Below are positions 48,263 to 48,901 of a stretch of DNA of 48,901 bases, in pieces. Origin of the DNA: Macrostomum lignano. Lineage: Eukaryota. Both the position numbers and the translations under genes were made by a program. The notes below the pieces were generated by a model. It was not told the origin of the DNA. It ran no database searches and was given only the letters and a program-made list of their open reading frames with translations. Each line of letters starts with the position of its first letter. Positions within the stretch are counted from its first letter, which is position 1. The stretch spans positions 1-48,901 of the forward strand of contig NIVC01004357.1 of the NCBI GenBank assembly GCA_002269645.1, given 5' to 3'.

Positions 48263-48901
48263 AATGAATCTGGAGAGTTGAGTTGTTTGACGGAAAAAAA
48301 TCGATTGTCCAGTTTAGCGGAGACGATTTCAATGTTTTAATTTTGACGGAGAGGATTTCTGTTTGGTGGAGAGGATTTCTATTTCTCGGAGGGGATTTTG
48401 ATGAATGTCAGTTTCACGGAGAGGTGTTTGATGGAGTTCTCTTTTACGGAGAAGATTTCGATGATGTTCAGTTTTCGCGGAGAGGAGTTGGATGATGGGA
48501 TTCAGGGAATGGCATTTCAGGGAATGGAGTACCGGTGATGGGAATTCTTCCCCTTTCTCCTCCAGAGGAGGAGTTGGCCTCGTTAATACTAAAACTGGTG
48601 CGTTGTTTGTCTGTGTGTGTGTGTGTTTGTTGGATAACTCCTCCTAGAATACTTGCAAGTCAGCGTTGAAACTTATGTGGGAAAACTGCAAATTTTCCGA
48701 GGATGGCTTTAGGCTGTTTTAATCTTTTATTTTTACATTTTAAAGATCCCTAAAAAGCAGAAAACGGCAATTCTGACCTTTTGCATAATCTTAATTGTAC
48801 CCTCTTTCTGCTCGGAGCTGAAATTTGCATGAATTTTGAGTGATTACGCCACAACTTTTTCCTATGTCGCCAGTGCATTTACTCTCCAGTGGGGGGATGG
48901 G

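Larger units (their letters stand above)
22691..48901 (+). mobile_element. Head-to-tail array of Helitron-like non-autonomous elements, right segment (junctions after 24839, 27362, 29686, 31807, ~33016, 34461, 36679, 39049, ~41769, 43987, 44382, 46815, 48582)
   Basis: Same junction signature and module order as 1-12685. Includes short variants without the GA block (29687-31807, 31808-33016, 46816-48582), a divergent unit (~33017-34461) and a truncated unit (43988-44382). Confidence 0.65.

Noticed and set aside
1-48901. Autonomous Helitron (RepHel) or retroelement (RT) coding capacity for the array; also host species identity
   Set aside because: No HUH, helicase or RT motifs in any ORF of the track. 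TTAGGG and BEN-like features suggest an animal but do not identify a taxon.

Overview
Eukaryotic (probably animal) repetitive DNA; I find no host gene, rRNA, tRNA or CRISPR array. About 39 kb (1-12685 and 22691-48901) is a head-to-tail array of related 0.4-2.8 kb units, all in the same orientation. A typical unit runs: TC/TA-rich start, (GTCT)n microsatellite, one or two ~490-bp modules, a short (CTAACC)n telomere-type tract, a 20/30-bp minisatellite, a GA-rich block, then a CTCCTCC-NNN-GGAGGAG hairpin followed by CTCG. This resembles non-autonomous Helitron (rolling-circle) elements concatenated into a macrosatellite, an inference from terminal structure because no RepHel gene is present. One unit is interrupted by an apparently intact 10,002-bp CMC/EnSpm (CACTA-superfamily) DNA transposon (12686-22687). 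It has CCC...GGG TIRs, an ACT target duplication and an empty-site paralog at 41850. It carries three minus-strand ORFs: a 946-aa DDE transposase, an unknown ORF, and a 469-aa protein with a BEN-like domain. Nearly all other ORFs in the track are artefacts of low-complexity or repeated sequence. Domain calls are from motif recognition by eye, with no database search.
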